64,000 nt of DNA, from the NCBI RefSeq assembly GCF_000007005.1, contig NC_002754.1; one strand, written 5' to 3'. The stretch comes from Saccharolobus solfataricus P2. Lineage in GTDB: Archaea; Thermoproteota; Thermoprotei_A; Sulfolobales; Sulfolobaceae. The notes beneath the pieces are model-generated. The model was not told the DNA's origin, searched no databases, and saw only the letters and a list, made by a program, of their open reading frames with translations. The translations under genes and the position numbers were made by a program. Positions 21,185-30,578 of this stretch are shown piece after piece (the stretch's first letter is position 1; each line of letters begins with the position of its first letter).

Positions 21185-23239
21185 ATGATAAGAGAAGATC
21201 TTCCGAAAATAACTGGAAAAGGAACGTACATTGATGATATTGACCCTAGGAACACGGTTTATCTAGGCATAATTAGGTCACCCATAGCTAGAGGTATTAT
21301 AAAGAGCATATCAAGACCAGAAAAAGCTCTGCTTACTCTAACGTGGGAAGACGTTAAGATTTACATGCCAGTAAGAGTAGATCCAGAGACACTAAAGCAA
21401 TCTAACATAGTGAAAATGCCTATTCTAGCTGATGGTAAAGTAAATTTCGTTGGACAACCAGTCTTAGCTTATGTCGTAGAGGACAGATACGCGATTGAGG
21501 ACATTGCGGACGAGATGTCAATAGAGTACGAGGAACTTAAGCCAATTATTGACGTGGAAAAAGCTATGAACAGTGACGATGAGATACATTCCGGGGCTAA
21601 AAGAAATATCTCAGTGAATAAACTACTAGAAGGGGGAGAGCTATCTGCTAAGAAAAGAGCAGAAGTTGTAGTAAGCAGGAAGATAAATCAAGCTAGAATA
21701 ATTTCAAATCCTATGGAGCCTAAGGGGATTATAGCACATTGGGATGGAGAGTATTTAAATATATATGGCTCTTTTCAATCCTCTTTTAGAATAAAGAACG
21801 ATTTAAGGGAGACCTTAAACCTATCCCCGGAGAAAATTAGGGTGTATTCTCCCCAAAACGTTGGAGGGGGATTTGGAAATAAGGTACCAGCTCACCCCGA
21901 GTATGTGATAGCTTCTATTGCGTCAATGAAATTAGGTAGACCAGTAAAATGGATAGAGACTAGATATGAGCACTTAAAAAATCCCACAGTTGGGAGAGGA
22001 GTTCTATCTGATGTGAAAATGTATGCCACTAAGCAAGGTGAAATACTAGGAATAGAGGGTTATGTGGCTGTAGATTTAGGCGCATATAATTACACATTAA
22101 ATCCTACAACCCCAGCATTCATAGCTCAACTGCTTACTGGACCTTATAAAATGAGGTTTGCGTCAATCAGAGCCTATGGAATATTCACAAACTTGCCTCC
22201 CACTGGCCCTTATAGGGGTGCTGGTAGACCAGAGGCTGCTTTAATTCATGAGACTTTGGTTGAGGATTTGGCTGAGGAGTTGGGTGTGGATTCTGTTGAG
22301 ATTAGGAGGAGGAATTTGATTAGTGATAATGGTTACGTTACTCCTTTGGGTGTTAGGATTGATCCTGCTGGTTATAATGAGGTGTTGAATGAGGCTGAGA
22401 AGTATTATAGGAAGGCTAAGGAGGTTTATAAGGACAAGGGAGTTTCAATAGTGGTATTTACAGATATTATAAGGCTATCTCCAGGGGAAGGAGCGAGAGT
22501 AAGAATAGAGAACGGGAAAATTAAGATCTTTGTGGGAACAGGACCTCATGGTCAAGCTCATGGTGATACGTTTTCGAAGCTAGCTTCAGAGACATTGGGA
22601 ATTCCTCAAGATTTAATCGAAGTAGTTGCCAACACAACTGATGGAGTAAAAGAAGGAATAGGGAGTTTCGGTTCTAGAAGTGCAACTGTAGGAGGTTCAG
22701 CAGTTATCGAAGCTTGTAGGCAGTTATTAAGCAAAGTTAATATGCCTATAGATAAAGCGCTGAAGGAGATGAATGGTATGGAGGCGGAAATATTCTATAA
22801 ATCAGATGATATATTTTCACCTGGTTCTCATGTTGCAGTTGTTGACGTAGATAGAGATACTGGATTCGTTAAGGTTCTTGAGTACTATGCCGTAGATGAC
22901 GTGGGCAGAATCCTAATAAAGGAAGAAGTAGAAGGTCAAATTATTGGTGGAGTATTACAAGGTGTTTCGCAAGTATTATGGGAACATGCACCCTATGATG
23001 AAAATGGAAATCCGCTATTCTCGTCAATTGCAGACTGTGGAGTTCCGACTGCTGTTGAAGCGAGTTATAAGGTTTATGTTAGTGAGGTTGAATATCCATC
23101 TGCAACTTCAGCTAAAAGCAGAGGAGTAGGAGAAGCGGGAACAACTGGTGGATTACCTGCCGTATTCTTGGCCCTAGAGAAAATTACACATAGAAAGTTT
23201 AATAAAACTCCAATATATCCTTGGGATATTACAAGATAG
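21185..23239 (+). CDS. cutA: Xanthine dehydrogenase/aldehyde oxidoreductase family molybdopterin-binding subunit
   Basis: TGKGTYIDD, GGGFGNK, YRGAGRPE, PHGQAH, FGSRS, GVGEAG motifs; no FAD or 2Fe-2S subunit genes adjacent. Confidence 0.88.
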   Translation: MIREDLPKITGKGTYIDDIDPRNTVYLGIIRSPIARGIIKSISRPEKALLTLTWEDVKIYMPVRVDPETLKQSNIVKMPILADGKVNFVGQPVLAYVVEDRYAIEDIADEMSIEYEELKPIIDVEKAMNSDDEIHSGAKRNISVNKLLEGGELSAKKRAEVVVSRKINQARIISNPMEPKGIIAHWDGEYLNIYGSFQSSFRIKNDLRETLNLSPEKIRVYSPQNVGGGFGNKVPAHPEYVIASIASMKLGRPVKWIETRYEHLKNPTVGRGVLSDVKMYATKQGEILGIEGYVAVDLGAYNYTLNPTTPAFIAQLLTGPYKMRFASIRAYGIFTNLPPTGPYRGAGRPEAALIHETLVEDLAEELGVDSVEIRRRNLISDNGYVTPLGVRIDPAGYNEVLNEAEKYYRKAKEVYKDKGVSIVVFTDIIRLSPGEGARVRIENGKIKIFVGTGPHGQAHGDTFSKLASETLGIPQDLIEVVANTTDGVKEGIGSFGSRSATVGGSAVIEACRQLLSKVNMPIDKALKEMNGMEAEIFYKSDDIFSPGSHVAVVDVDRDTGFVKVLEYYAVDDVGRILIKEEVEGQIIGGVLQGVSQVLWEHAPYDENGNPLFSSIADCGVPTAVEASYKVYVSEVEYPSATSAKSRGVGEAGTTGGLPAVFLALEKITHRKFNKTPIYPWDITR

Positions 23240-23439
23240 CGAAATGTTGATTTTTTGTCTTATTAAATTTTATATTTTCGGATCAAGGATTAGACTACTT
23301 CCCTATTGAGAGTTGGTTTCCTTAAAAATACCTATGTTAGGAAAAATTGAAAAAGGAGGGAGTTTTATTATCATTACTATTAATTCATTATATCATCAGA
23401 TAATACCATTTATTTGATTCTCTTATGAATGCACTTAAA

Positions 23440-23494
23440 AGTGCTTGACACCTTTCCGGCCTTTAGGCAGTTCATAGGTTTATGGTTTACCGCC
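23440..23494 (-). mobile_element. Distal part of a putative IS200/IS605 (tnpB) right-end remnant, split by the IS607
   Basis: Rejoined with 25405-25500 reads (minus) ...GGAGCGGGGTGGATGAGAACACCCACTAGCTG...ATGAGGGTGAAGGCGGTAAACCATAAACCTATGAAC, recalled as typical of archaeal IS605/IS1341 tnpB 3' ends. Confidence 0.55.
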
Positions 23495-23555
23495 GTTGCC
23501 AACAGTTTCCGATAAACCGTAAAGTTTATATTATTTTGACACAAACTCTTATACA

Positions 23556-24140
23556 ATGCTAAGACCTAAGGAAGCATGCCAAAGACTAGGAATATCCTAT
23601 GCAACACTTAGAGAATACGTTAAGAAAGGATACATAAAACCAGTTATACTACAGAGCGGAAAATGGAGATTCAGAGAAGAAGACATAGAGAGGCTAATGG
23701 GAATTATTAGAAAAAGAAAAGTAATACTTTACGCTAGAGTATCATCAAACACACAAAAAGACGATCTAGCAAACCAAGTAAAATATCTAGAGGAACAGGT
23801 CAAGGAGTACGACCTCGTAATTACTGACATTGGTTCCGGGTTAAACATGAAGAGAAAGGGGTTCTTGAAGTTGTTGAGAATGATACTGAACAACGAAGTA
23901 TCACGCGTAATAACAGCTTACCCAGACAGACTTGTTAGATTCGGTTTCGAAATCCTAGAGGAAGTGTGCAAAGCACACAACTGTGAAATAGTAGTACTAA
24001 ACCAAGAGGACAAGACACCAGAAGAAGAATTGGTCGAAGACTTAGCCACAATACTAGTCTCATTCAGTGGAAAACTACACGGAATGAGGAGTCAAAAATA
24101 CGAAAAGGTGAAGAAATGTGCTGAAGAACTTAAGAATTAG
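23556..24140 (+). CDS. tnpA: IS607 serine recombinase TnpA
   Basis: N-terminal HTH (LRPKEACQRLGIS), YARVSS catalytic Ser, DIGSGLN, YPDRLVRFG, ELVEDL. Confidence 0.93.
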   Translation: MLRPKEACQRLGISYATLREYVKKGYIKPVILQSGKWRFREEDIERLMGIIRKRKVILYARVSSNTQKDDLANQVKYLEEQVKEYDLVITDIGSGLNMKRKGFLKLLRMILNNEVSRVITAYPDRLVRFGFEILEEVCKAHNCEIVVLNQEDKTPEEELVEDLATILVSFSGKLHGMRSQKYEKVKKCAEELKN

Positions 24141-25392
24141 AAAATTTGAACCGGAAGAGGAATACGTGTACTTCACGTACTCCATCAAGAACGACAAGAG
24201 GGAGAAGAGCAAAGAGCTAATTAGGGAATACACAACACTACTACAGAAAGCAATCGACTACTTGTGGAATTTAACGAAAATACAAGTAAGAAAAAAGAAC
24301 GGTAATTACAAGATAACACTACCGAAGAAGAGGGAGGTGTATAAACCACTTAGGGAAGAGTTGGAGAAGATCAACCACCTTGCATCACACTACGTCGATA
24401 AGGCAATTAATGACGCATTCTCGATCTTGAAGTCGTGGAGGAAAAGGGCCATAAAGGGGAGAGCTTCGATTGAAAAACCAAGGGTGAAGAAGGCTTACGT
24501 TAGGATAAAGACGACTCTGAGGAAGGTTGTTGGGGAAAGCGTTAGAATAACGGTAAGACCTCATGAGTACATCACCTTCTCGTGGAGTAAGTCATGGTTC
24601 TCAAGAAGGGTTAGGGAGTTGGAACTTGGTGAACCTATAATTAAGGAGGAGAAAGTGTATTTGCCATTTCGTTACAAGTTACCCTGGGCAACACCAGTGG
24701 ATTTCTTGGCCATTGACTCCAACCTTTATACTCTAGATGCTTATGATGGTGAGAAATTCGTTACAATCTCACTAAAGCAGTTGTACTCCCTTAAGTACTC
24801 TATGGAGGTGAAGAGGGCTAAGGTGCAATCATTTGCATCAAAGCACACGAAGAGGGGGAGAGAGTTGATGAGGAAGTATTCGCATAGGGAGAGGAATCGC
24901 GTTCTAGATTTTGTTCACAAGTTTGTTAACACTTTGTTGGACTTGTACCCCATGACGTTTTTCGCTGTGGAAAAGCTTAACAAAGAGAGTATGTTTAAGG
25001 ATGCTAATGACTCTCTTTCGAGGAAGATTTCTAGGACTGTTTGGGGGAGTATACACAGAGTGTTGAAGTACAAGGCTCCGCTTTACGGTTCTTTCGTTAA
25101 GGAAGTGAACCCACGCTTTACATCTAGGTCTTGCCCCAGATGTGGGTTTGTATCCCGAAAGGTTGGTAAGACCTTTGAGTGTGAGAGGTGTGGGTTCAAG
25201 TTGGATAGGCAATTGAATGCTTCACTGAATATTTATCTCAAGATGTGCGGATTCCCTCACATCCGTGAAATAGCGCGGGTGTGGGTTGGGGTTATTCCGC
25301 TAATGGGGCGGAGAGGGATGAACGGGTTTCCCCGTGACTTTGGTGAAGCCCAAGGGCTGAGGATTGATATTGAATATCATGAAATCCCATGA
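24118..25392 (+). CDS. tnpB: TnpB RNA-guided endonuclease family protein
   Basis: RuvC-I AID, RuvC-II AVEKL, Zn finger CPRCG...CERCG, RuvC-III region DRQLNASLNI. Confidence 0.92.
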   Translation: MLKNLRIRKFEPEEEYVYFTYSIKNDKREKSKELIREYTTLLQKAIDYLWNLTKIQVRKKNGNYKITLPKKREVYKPLREELEKINHLASHYVDKAINDAFSILKSWRKRAIKGRASIEKPRVKKAYVRIKTTLRKVVGESVRITVRPHEYITFSWSKSWFSRRVRELELGEPIIKEEKVYLPFRYKLPWATPVDFLAIDSNLYTLDAYDGEKFVTISLKQLYSLKYSMEVKRAKVQSFASKHTKRGRELMRKYSHRERNRVLDFVHKFVNTLLDLYPMTFFAVEKLNKESMFKDANDSLSRKISRTVWGSIHRVLKYKAPLYGSFVKEVNPRFTSRSCPRCGFVSRKVGKTFECERCGFKLDRQLNASLNIYLKMCGFPHIREIARVWVGVIPLMGRRGMNGFPRDFGEAQGLRIDIEYHEIP

Positions 25393-25424
25393 AGCCCAAA
25401 CCCCTTCACCCTCATAACCTAACA
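25250..25424 (+). ncRNA. Putative TnpB omegaRNA/reRNA (tnpB 3' end, right end and about 20-nt guide)
   Basis: Position expected for TnpB guide RNAs; GC-rich segment preserved separately at 32758-32860; 5' boundary is a guess. Confidence 0.5.
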
Positions 25425-25500
25425 GCTAGTGGGTGTTCTCATCCACCCCGCTCCATTCATCCAGTAGTAGACCGCGGGTTGGTCTTCAGCGGGTGATTCA
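25405..25500 (-). mobile_element. Proximal part of the putative IS200/IS605 right-end remnant
   Basis: GC-rich island in AT-rich DNA with GTGG...CCAC stem; joins 23440-23494 at CC. Confidence 0.55.
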
Positions 25501-25717
25501 AGTCTCCTTTGCGAATTGTAATTTGTAAATAATGTGGTTGTAAAAATGTTAACATTGATAATTATGTACCTCTACTAGTTAGTCGTCTTCATCTAGTTAA
25601 ATTCGTAGTAATCTTTAAAATAAAGTGGATTCACACTAGATAACTGAATCGCCCGGAAACTTGAATCGCCCAAGTCTCTTAAGTCAGATTTAAATTATTA
25701 TAAGAGCAATTTAACAT

Positions 25718-26443
25718 GTGAGCTTAGAAGAAGAAATTAAAAAAGTACTACTTAATAATCCATCGATATTAGTGGATGTCCTAACTGCTAAACCAGAGAT
25801 AGTTTATCAAGTTTTGGCTAGGCTAACACCATGGCAAAGCCTGGCTACAAAGCAAGATGTCGAAAGACTAGACAAAGAAATAGAAGAGGTCAAGAAAACA
25901 ATGGCTACAAAGCAAGATGTCGAAAGACTAGACAAAGAAATAGAAGAGGTCAAGAAAACAATGGCTACAAAGCAAGATGTCGAAAGACTAGACAAAGAAA
26001 TAGAAGAGGTCAAGAAAACAATGGCTACAAAAGAGGACTTAAAGAGGTTAGAAACTATTATTACTGGTCTTGGGGCTAGATGGGGAATTTTGAATGAGGA
26101 TTCATTTAGGCAAGGGATTAGTGAGATTTTGAGTAATAGTGGTTGGAAAATCTCTAGAGAGGTCCTTTATGATAGGGATGGATATGTTTATGATGAACCA
26201 TCTGATGTTGAATATGATATTGTAGTTAAAGACAGTAGTGTCATACTGGTTGAGATCACTTCCTCTATAAGGAGAGGGGATTTACCAACAATAAAGAAGA
26301 AGAAGGAGTTCTACGAAAAAGTCAAGAATATTAAGGTTAACTTAGTTTACGTTATAACACCCTTTATTCATGACAGATACCCAGAAAGAATCAAGGCAAT
26401 GGCTAAGGATATGGGGATAGAAATAATATACCCCTCAAGTTGA
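25718..26443 (+). CDS. Coiled-coil repeat protein with C-terminal PD-(D/E)xK domain (DUF3782/DUF1626-like)
   Basis: ATKQDVERLDKEIEEVKKTM x3; GARWG, EYDIVV...LVEITSS. Confidence 0.85.
   Translation: MSLEEEIKKVLLNNPSILVDVLTAKPEIVYQVLARLTPWQSLATKQDVERLDKEIEEVKKTMATKQDVERLDKEIEEVKKTMATKQDVERLDKEIEEVKKTMATKEDLKRLETIITGLGARWGILNEDSFRQGISEILSNSGWKISREVLYDRDGYVYDEPSDVEYDIVVKDSSVILVEITSSIRRGDLPTIKKKKEFYEKVKNIKVNLVYVITPFIHDRYPERIKAMAKDMGIEIIYPSS
25842..26031 (+). repeat. Perfect 60-bp tandem repeat, 3 copies plus 10 bp
   Basis: TGGCTACAAAGCAAGATGTCGAAAGACTAGACAAAGAAATAGAAGAGGTCAAGAAAACAA at 25842, 25902, 25962. Confidence 0.97.
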
Positions 26444-26455
26444 TTACTGACTTCC

Positions 26456-26541
26456 TTATATAAAACATATATTAGTCAGATCTGCGTAATACAGATCTGA
26501 CCGGAGTGGAGGCCGTTTACTTCCTTGGGCTTAGAGTTCGA
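26456..26541 (-). mobile_element. IS110-family non-coding end fragment
   Basis: Near-identical to 34661-34750, including hairpin GTCAGATCTG-N7-CAGATCTGAC; cut at 26542 by a GAGAGTG... TIR-like sequence related to the ISC1234 TIR; IS110 assignment from recall. Confidence 0.6.
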
Positions 26542-26932
26542 GAGAGTGTTCCAGACTCAAATAACTGAATAGCGATAATAGGAGAGAAATGCAATATTAT
26601 AGAAAGTAAGAAGTGAAATACAATTAAATCTTTCAATACAACGAAAGATTAATTTTATATTATAGTAGAAAATATTCAAATGTAGAGAAAAACAGAATTT
26701 CCAACAGGGAGTGTTCTCATGCAGTCATCTTATTCGATATCATATAGTAAAATTAAATCAGGCTAGAAATTTTCACAATTAATCGTTTCGATCGAGATGC
26801 AGCCAATGAATTAAAACGTGAAAACAGCCTCTGAAAAAGCTTATGTGCGAGGGCGTTCAGTAATAAATCTTTCGGTCAAATTTTGAGCATAGTATCAGCT
26901 ACTATTGCCACGCGGACTCTTTCAATCCACGT

Positions 26933-27982
26933 TAGTATTTCCGGAAAGTTCTTAGACTTCAATTTTATCTAATCCTAGGTATGTTATTGCATTAAGATTA
27001 AATCTATACTTATTTTCTTCAAAGAACTGTTTAATACAGTTTTTAACGTCTTCTATCGTATAGAATATTTTATTGCTCATGTAGTTCTTGAGGGACTTGA
27101 AGACCGCCTCAGCCATATTAAGCTCAGGCGAGTAAGGAGGAGTAAACACGGGATGAATACCCTTCCTGCGACAAACCTCAAGCGTACCCTTAGTCTTGTG
27201 AGGAGAGTAATTATCCATGACCATGTAAACCCTACCACTACCCACACGCCTCTTAAAGTACCTCAAGAAATACTTAACGGATTCAGAGTTAGGCCTTTTA
27301 GCAAGAGAAACCACTACTTCGCCGGTCCAAGCGTTTATAGCTAGAATAACATAGATTGAGGAAAAACCTATATTGACGCGCATTACGGGCTTACTGCCAA
27401 CCTTAGCTAGAACCTTCTTAATTGACGTGCTAATTACTGTCCTACACTCGTCTAGAAAGAACAGTGCCTTTCTTTCCAATTTCTTTATTTTTTTTTAAAA
27501 TCTTCCCACTTGTCCTTTTCTGCTTGGATGTTGGTGGGTCTGGGTTTTACTAGGTTGTATCCTAGTTCGTGGACTAGTTCGTATAGTCTGGATTTCTTGT
27601 ATTCTATTCCTTGTTCTTGTAGTGCTATCTTGAGTGTTTTCATTGTCCAATATTCTTGTTGTATTCCGTATTTTTGGGGCTTATCTTCCAGAATTTGTTT
27701 TATCTTTTCCTCTTCTACTTTTCTGGGTCTTCCTGATCTGGGCTTGTCCTTTAGTCCATCAAGACCTTCTTTCTTGTACTTGCCAATCCACAATTTTATC
27801 GTGGAATAGCCCTTGTTAAGCATTTTCGAAACTTCTTTCTCCGATTTACCATCAACTACGTGCAGCTTCACTGCAAGAATCCTCTCCTTAATTCTCGCGT
27901 TCTTCTCTTCCTTATAAGCTTGAACCAAATCTTGCATAGTTCAATCTGGTAATACTAATCTATAAACTTTTCGGAAACACTA
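26933..27982 (-). mobile_element. ISC1048-like IS630 element, copy 3
   Basis: 1050 bp; GT on both sides; orfA 27485..27937, orfB 26952..27479; A9 tract. Confidence 0.9.
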
Positions 27983-27996
27983 GTGATAGGGGAGGG

Positions 27997-29070
27997 TCAC
28001 TTCACCTCATAAGGTTTATTATTATACCAAACACTCCACACTATCCTAGCCAACTTCCCAGCTAAGGCAGTGTACAGTTTCCTACCCTTCAGTTTATCCT
28101 TGTGGGTTTCGTAGAACTTAAGGAGAGTTGGGTTACGCGAATATTGAGTCTCGGCAAGGAAATAAAACAAGCTACGCAAATACTTGTTACCCCTCTTGGA
28201 GATACCCTTTCTAACCTCAATCCTACCACTCCTCTCAACCACCGGGTCTAAACCGCAATAAGCAACGAAGGATTCAGGTCTTGGGAAGCGCTTAATATCA
28301 CCCACAATCCCAATTATAATCCCAGCTGCCAGTTTCCCTATTCCGGGAATCGTGAGTAACACGTGGTCTTGAGGCACATTACCCTCTATCATTTTCCTCA
28401 CCTCCTTCAACTCTTCTCGCGTTTGAAGTAGTGTTCTCGCTAGGACTTGAATCTCACGTAGTACTGTACCAGTGTATTCCAGTTGATACAGTTTTACGTC
28501 AGAGAAGTCTCCCTTAGAGAACTTCTCCAATCTCTCCTCGCTCAACTTCTCCTCGTCGCTCACGAGGAAGAGAGCTCTCCTTAACCTGTTCTCTTGTTTC
28601 GTTTGCACATCCTTCATGAAGAGGTAGAGTGATACTAACTCTTTTAAGGGGTTGTTAACGTATTCTCTAGCCTTATTTACCATGTTTTCAAGTTTTTCTG
28701 CGTCGTAAAAATCTGTTTTCTTTCCCCTTACGTCCTTTTCTTTCCATAGCAAGGTAGGACTGACTAGTAGGACTTTCACTCCTCTTTCTTTGAAGTATTG
28801 GCAAGGTCTTGTTGAGTATACTCCTGTGGGTTCTATTACGATGATGTTTGGCTTCATGGTTAGTATTTCTTCGTAGCCCTTCTCGTTGTTTGTGAATTTC
28901 CTCACCCTCCCCTTACTTGTTACCAAGTGTTCTTTTGATACGTCTATTCCAATTACCCCTACCCTTGTGTCACACCTATATTCGTGAATATTTTCACAAT
29001 GTTCAGTCCGACTGTAGGGGCTCGTCACGCCCTCGCCCGAAGACTTTGCTTCAATTCCCATCTCGACCAT
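27997..29070 (-). CDS. IS110-family (ISC1190-like) DEDD recombinase/transposase
   Basis: GIDVSK, IEPTG, KKTDFYDA (DEDD); LLTIPGIG, GLDPVVERSG, ISKRGNKYLR; element spans about 27983-29100, 3' non-coding end cut off 14 bp after the stop. Confidence 0.9.
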   Translation of the reverse strand: MVEMGIEAKSSGEGVTSPYSRTEHCENIHEYRCDTRVGVIGIDVSKEHLVTSKGRVRKFTNNEKGYEEILTMKPNIIVIEPTGVYSTRPCQYFKERGVKVLLVSPTLLWKEKDVRGKKTDFYDAEKLENMVNKAREYVNNPLKELVSLYLFMKDVQTKQENRLRRALFLVSDEEKLSEERLEKFSKGDFSDVKLYQLEYTGTVLREIQVLARTLLQTREELKEVRKMIEGNVPQDHVLLTIPGIGKLAAGIIIGIVGDIKRFPRPESFVAYCGLDPVVERSGRIEVRKGISKRGNKYLRSLFYFLAETQYSRNPTLLKFYETHKDKLKGRKLYTALAGKLARIVWSVWYNNKPYEVK

Positions 29071-29151
29071 ATTTCCCCAGCTGAGGAGTATTACTCTCCC
29101 CAGCTAATTAACCTATATATAGGTTACGAGATTTTTGTGAGGGTTACCAAT

Positions 29152-30084
29152 ATGGACCTTGTAACCCTCGCACAATTAATACTTATGATTCTAAGAAATT
29201 TAAATCTTAAGCCGAGAAAGTACGAGCTAAAGGATATTGCATTAGCAGCCTACTCCTTGGGAGTTCAAATCACGAAAACAGGAATCCCACCATCAACCCT
29301 ATACTACTACTTGAGGAAAGTAGGGATAAGGAGAAGAAGAGAAAGCAGACCAACATGCCCATCATGTAACTCTAACAGAGTAGTGAAGAACGGCTCATCT
29401 AGAGGGAAAGCAAAATACAAGTGTAAGGCGTGTGGAAGGACGTTTTACGACGCGTTAAAGCACAGAATGGATAGGGAACAGAGGGAGAGAATCTTAAAGG
29501 AGTACTTGAACAGGATGAGCATGAGGGCAATATCAAGAGTTGAAGGTAAACCATTGACTACTGTTTACAGCCTAGTGAGGAGGGTTGGGATAAGGGCCTT
29601 TACGAATCTAACGATCTTGAAGGGTGAGCTCAAGAATTTCACAGCTAAGTTTACAGTGTTTGACGAGTTCTGGACTTATTTCCGTGTTAGGCATGGGGTG
29701 ATGAGGGAGGATTTGTGGATTTGGACTGCTCTTGCTGATGGTGTGCCTTTCTATGAGTTTGGGGATAGGAGTTATGGGACTTTTCGTTTGGGTTGGTTAC
29801 CTAGGAGTGAGGTAAACTATACTGACTACTATTGTGTTTATCAAGTTCTCGATAATCGTGTAGCGGGTAAGAAGTATACTTATCTTGTGGAGAGTCATAA
29901 TTCTTGGTGTAGGTTAGTGAGGCTGGCTAGGGATACTAAAGCTGTTACTAGGAGTGGGAGGATGGCGGAGTACAGTTTGGCCTTGTTGAATGTAATGTAT
30001 CCTCACGTATTCTCAAGGGAGAGAACTCCCTTAAATGAGGCTTACTTGAAGGGAGTACAGTATATTAGAGAAAACTTGATATAA
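29152..30084 (+). CDS. IS1-family transposase (Zn ribbon, HTH, DDE)
   Basis: CPSC...YKCKACGRTF, FDEFWTY, VESHNS; start set at MDLVTL because upstream in-frame DNA is IS110 sequence; may be degenerate. Confidence 0.75.
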   Translation: MDLVTLAQLILMILRNLNLKPRKYELKDIALAAYSLGVQITKTGIPPSTLYYYLRKVGIRRRRESRPTCPSCNSNRVVKNGSSRGKAKYKCKACGRTFYDALKHRMDREQRERILKEYLNRMSMRAISRVEGKPLTTVYSLVRRVGIRAFTNLTILKGELKNFTAKFTVFDEFWTYFRVRHGVMREDLWIWTALADGVPFYEFGDRSYGTFRLGWLPRSEVNYTDYYCVYQVLDNRVAGKKYTYLVESHNSWCRLVRLARDTKAVTRSGRMAEYSLALLNVMYPHVFSRERTPLNEAYLKGVQYIRENLI

Positions 30085-30131
30085 TTTTACTATATGATAT
30101 CGAATAAGATGACTGCATGAGAACACTCCCC

Positions 30132-30470
30132 TTTGTCCACATCGTTTCTTCCTCAAAAACGGTTTTCCGAAGCTTCTTATAGAAGAACTCTTGAGAGGAA
30201 CCTTTCCGCCAAGGAACTTCATGAACTTCTCACTGTCCCTTATCTCTCAAGTTGTTCCAAGTCGTAGACGAGCTTGATTAGGAGGGTTTTGAAGGGAAGG
30301 ATAACATCCCACTTAGGTCAAGTAGAGGGACTCCAACTTGTTTCTAAATTCCTCCCAAGGGAAGACCTTATCGGCTTTGAGTAACAAATCTTTTTCAGTT
30401 GAAATTGCCTTTACCATAATATTATCTCGTCCCAATTTCTTATTAATATACAATTTAGGTAAGTAATACC
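30132..30470 (-). pseudogene. Degenerate ISC1212-related transposase 5' fragment
   Basis: MVKAISTEKDLLLKADKVFPW and MKFLGGKVP pieces homologous to 35960 and 1708. Confidence 0.7.
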
Positions 30471-30578
30471 TCCTAGCTTCTTGTGAAAAACTCAGCAAGA
30501 CCACAAAGTATCTATACTGTCAACGTTTAGTAGCATATTATAACATAAGATTTTTAGTCTAATAATAAAGAATAGCAT

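Larger units (their letters stand above)
23495..25404 (+). mobile_element. IS607-family element (ISC1904/ISC1913-like), complete
   Basis: 1910 bp; no TIR or TSD; CC at both junctions (ACCGCC|GTTG... and ...AAACCCC|TTCA); right end confirmed by the copy at 32758-32860 ending at the same AAACCCC. Confidence 0.88.
26707..30130 (+). mobile_element. ISC1173-like IS1-family element, interrupted by ISC1048 and IS110
   Basis: Perfect 49-bp inverted repeats 26707-26755 / 30082-30130; transposase 29152..30084; no TSD found. Confidence 0.65.

Noticed and set aside
25842-26031. Regular repeats resembling a CRISPR array
   Set aside because: No spacers; in-frame 60-bp coding repeats; no cas genes in the window.
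28984-29151. N-terminal extension of ORF 28984..30084 overlapping the IS110 gene head-to-head
   Set aside because: The extension is IS110 sequence read antisense; the IS1 transposase starts at 29152.
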